Made by a program: the position numbers and the translations under genes. From Macrostomum lignano (taxonomy: Eukaryota), in NCBI GenBank assembly GCA_002269645.1, contig NIVC01003059.1, positions 1-64,000 of the forward strand: a stretch of 64,000 bases of DNA. Reading direction: 5' to 3'. Shown here one piece after another: positions 63,963 to 64,000 of this stretch; position 1 is the stretch's first letter, and every line of letters begins with the position of its first letter. A model generated the notes under the pieces. It ran no database searches, was not told the DNA's origin, and saw nothing but the letters and a program-made list of their open reading frames with translations.

Positions 63963-64000
63963 TAACAAAGCTAAAGACAACATCAATTAATTATAGTTGG

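Larger units (their letters stand above)
561..64000 (+). repeat. Tandem array of ~1647-bp 5S rRNA + SL RNA units, interrupted by three transposons
   Basis: Identical ORFs and sequence recur with a 1647-bp period (e.g. 38370, 40017 ... 63075). Array segments: 561-3188, 6990-15466, 20520-30531, 37101-64000. Confidence 0.99.

Noticed and set aside
1103-63986. Recurring 60-78 aa ORFs (MVATFERV..., MCEVWTDQ..., MIRTVWSV..., MMLSLALL..., MVRHRVDP...)
   Set aside because: They recur only because the unit repeats. They overlap the 5S gene, the SL gene or the MITE, mostly use non-ATG starts and have no protein motifs.
561-64000. CRISPR-like or satellite interpretation of the array
   Set aside because: Units are 1.65 kb with no unique spacers and contain recognisable eukaryotic RNA genes.

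Overview
Eukaryotic (animal) DNA, most likely from a free-living flatworm of the Macrostomum group, inferred from the spliced-leader sequence. From about position 561 to the window end it is a tandem array of a ~1647-bp unit. Each unit carries, on the + strand, one 5S rRNA gene (29 copies) and one spliced-leader (SL) RNA gene (30 copies: ~45-nt leader ending in AUG, GU donor, Sm site, 3' hairpin), plus a 283-bp MITE-like element. Three transposons interrupt the array, all close to a 5S gene. (1) A 3.8-kb non-autonomous TIR element with a 3-bp TSD (3189-6989). (2) A 5.05-kb Bel/Pao LTR retrotransposon with near-identical LTRs and an in-frame deletion of RNase H and the integrase core (15467-20519). 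(3) A 6.57-kb divergent hAT-like element with an 8-bp TSD and an apparently intact 9-exon, ~1140-aa transposase gene (30532-37100). The array's left edge cuts into a Crypton/DUF3504-like coding remnant. The many recurring 60-80 aa ORFs are artefacts of the repeat unit.
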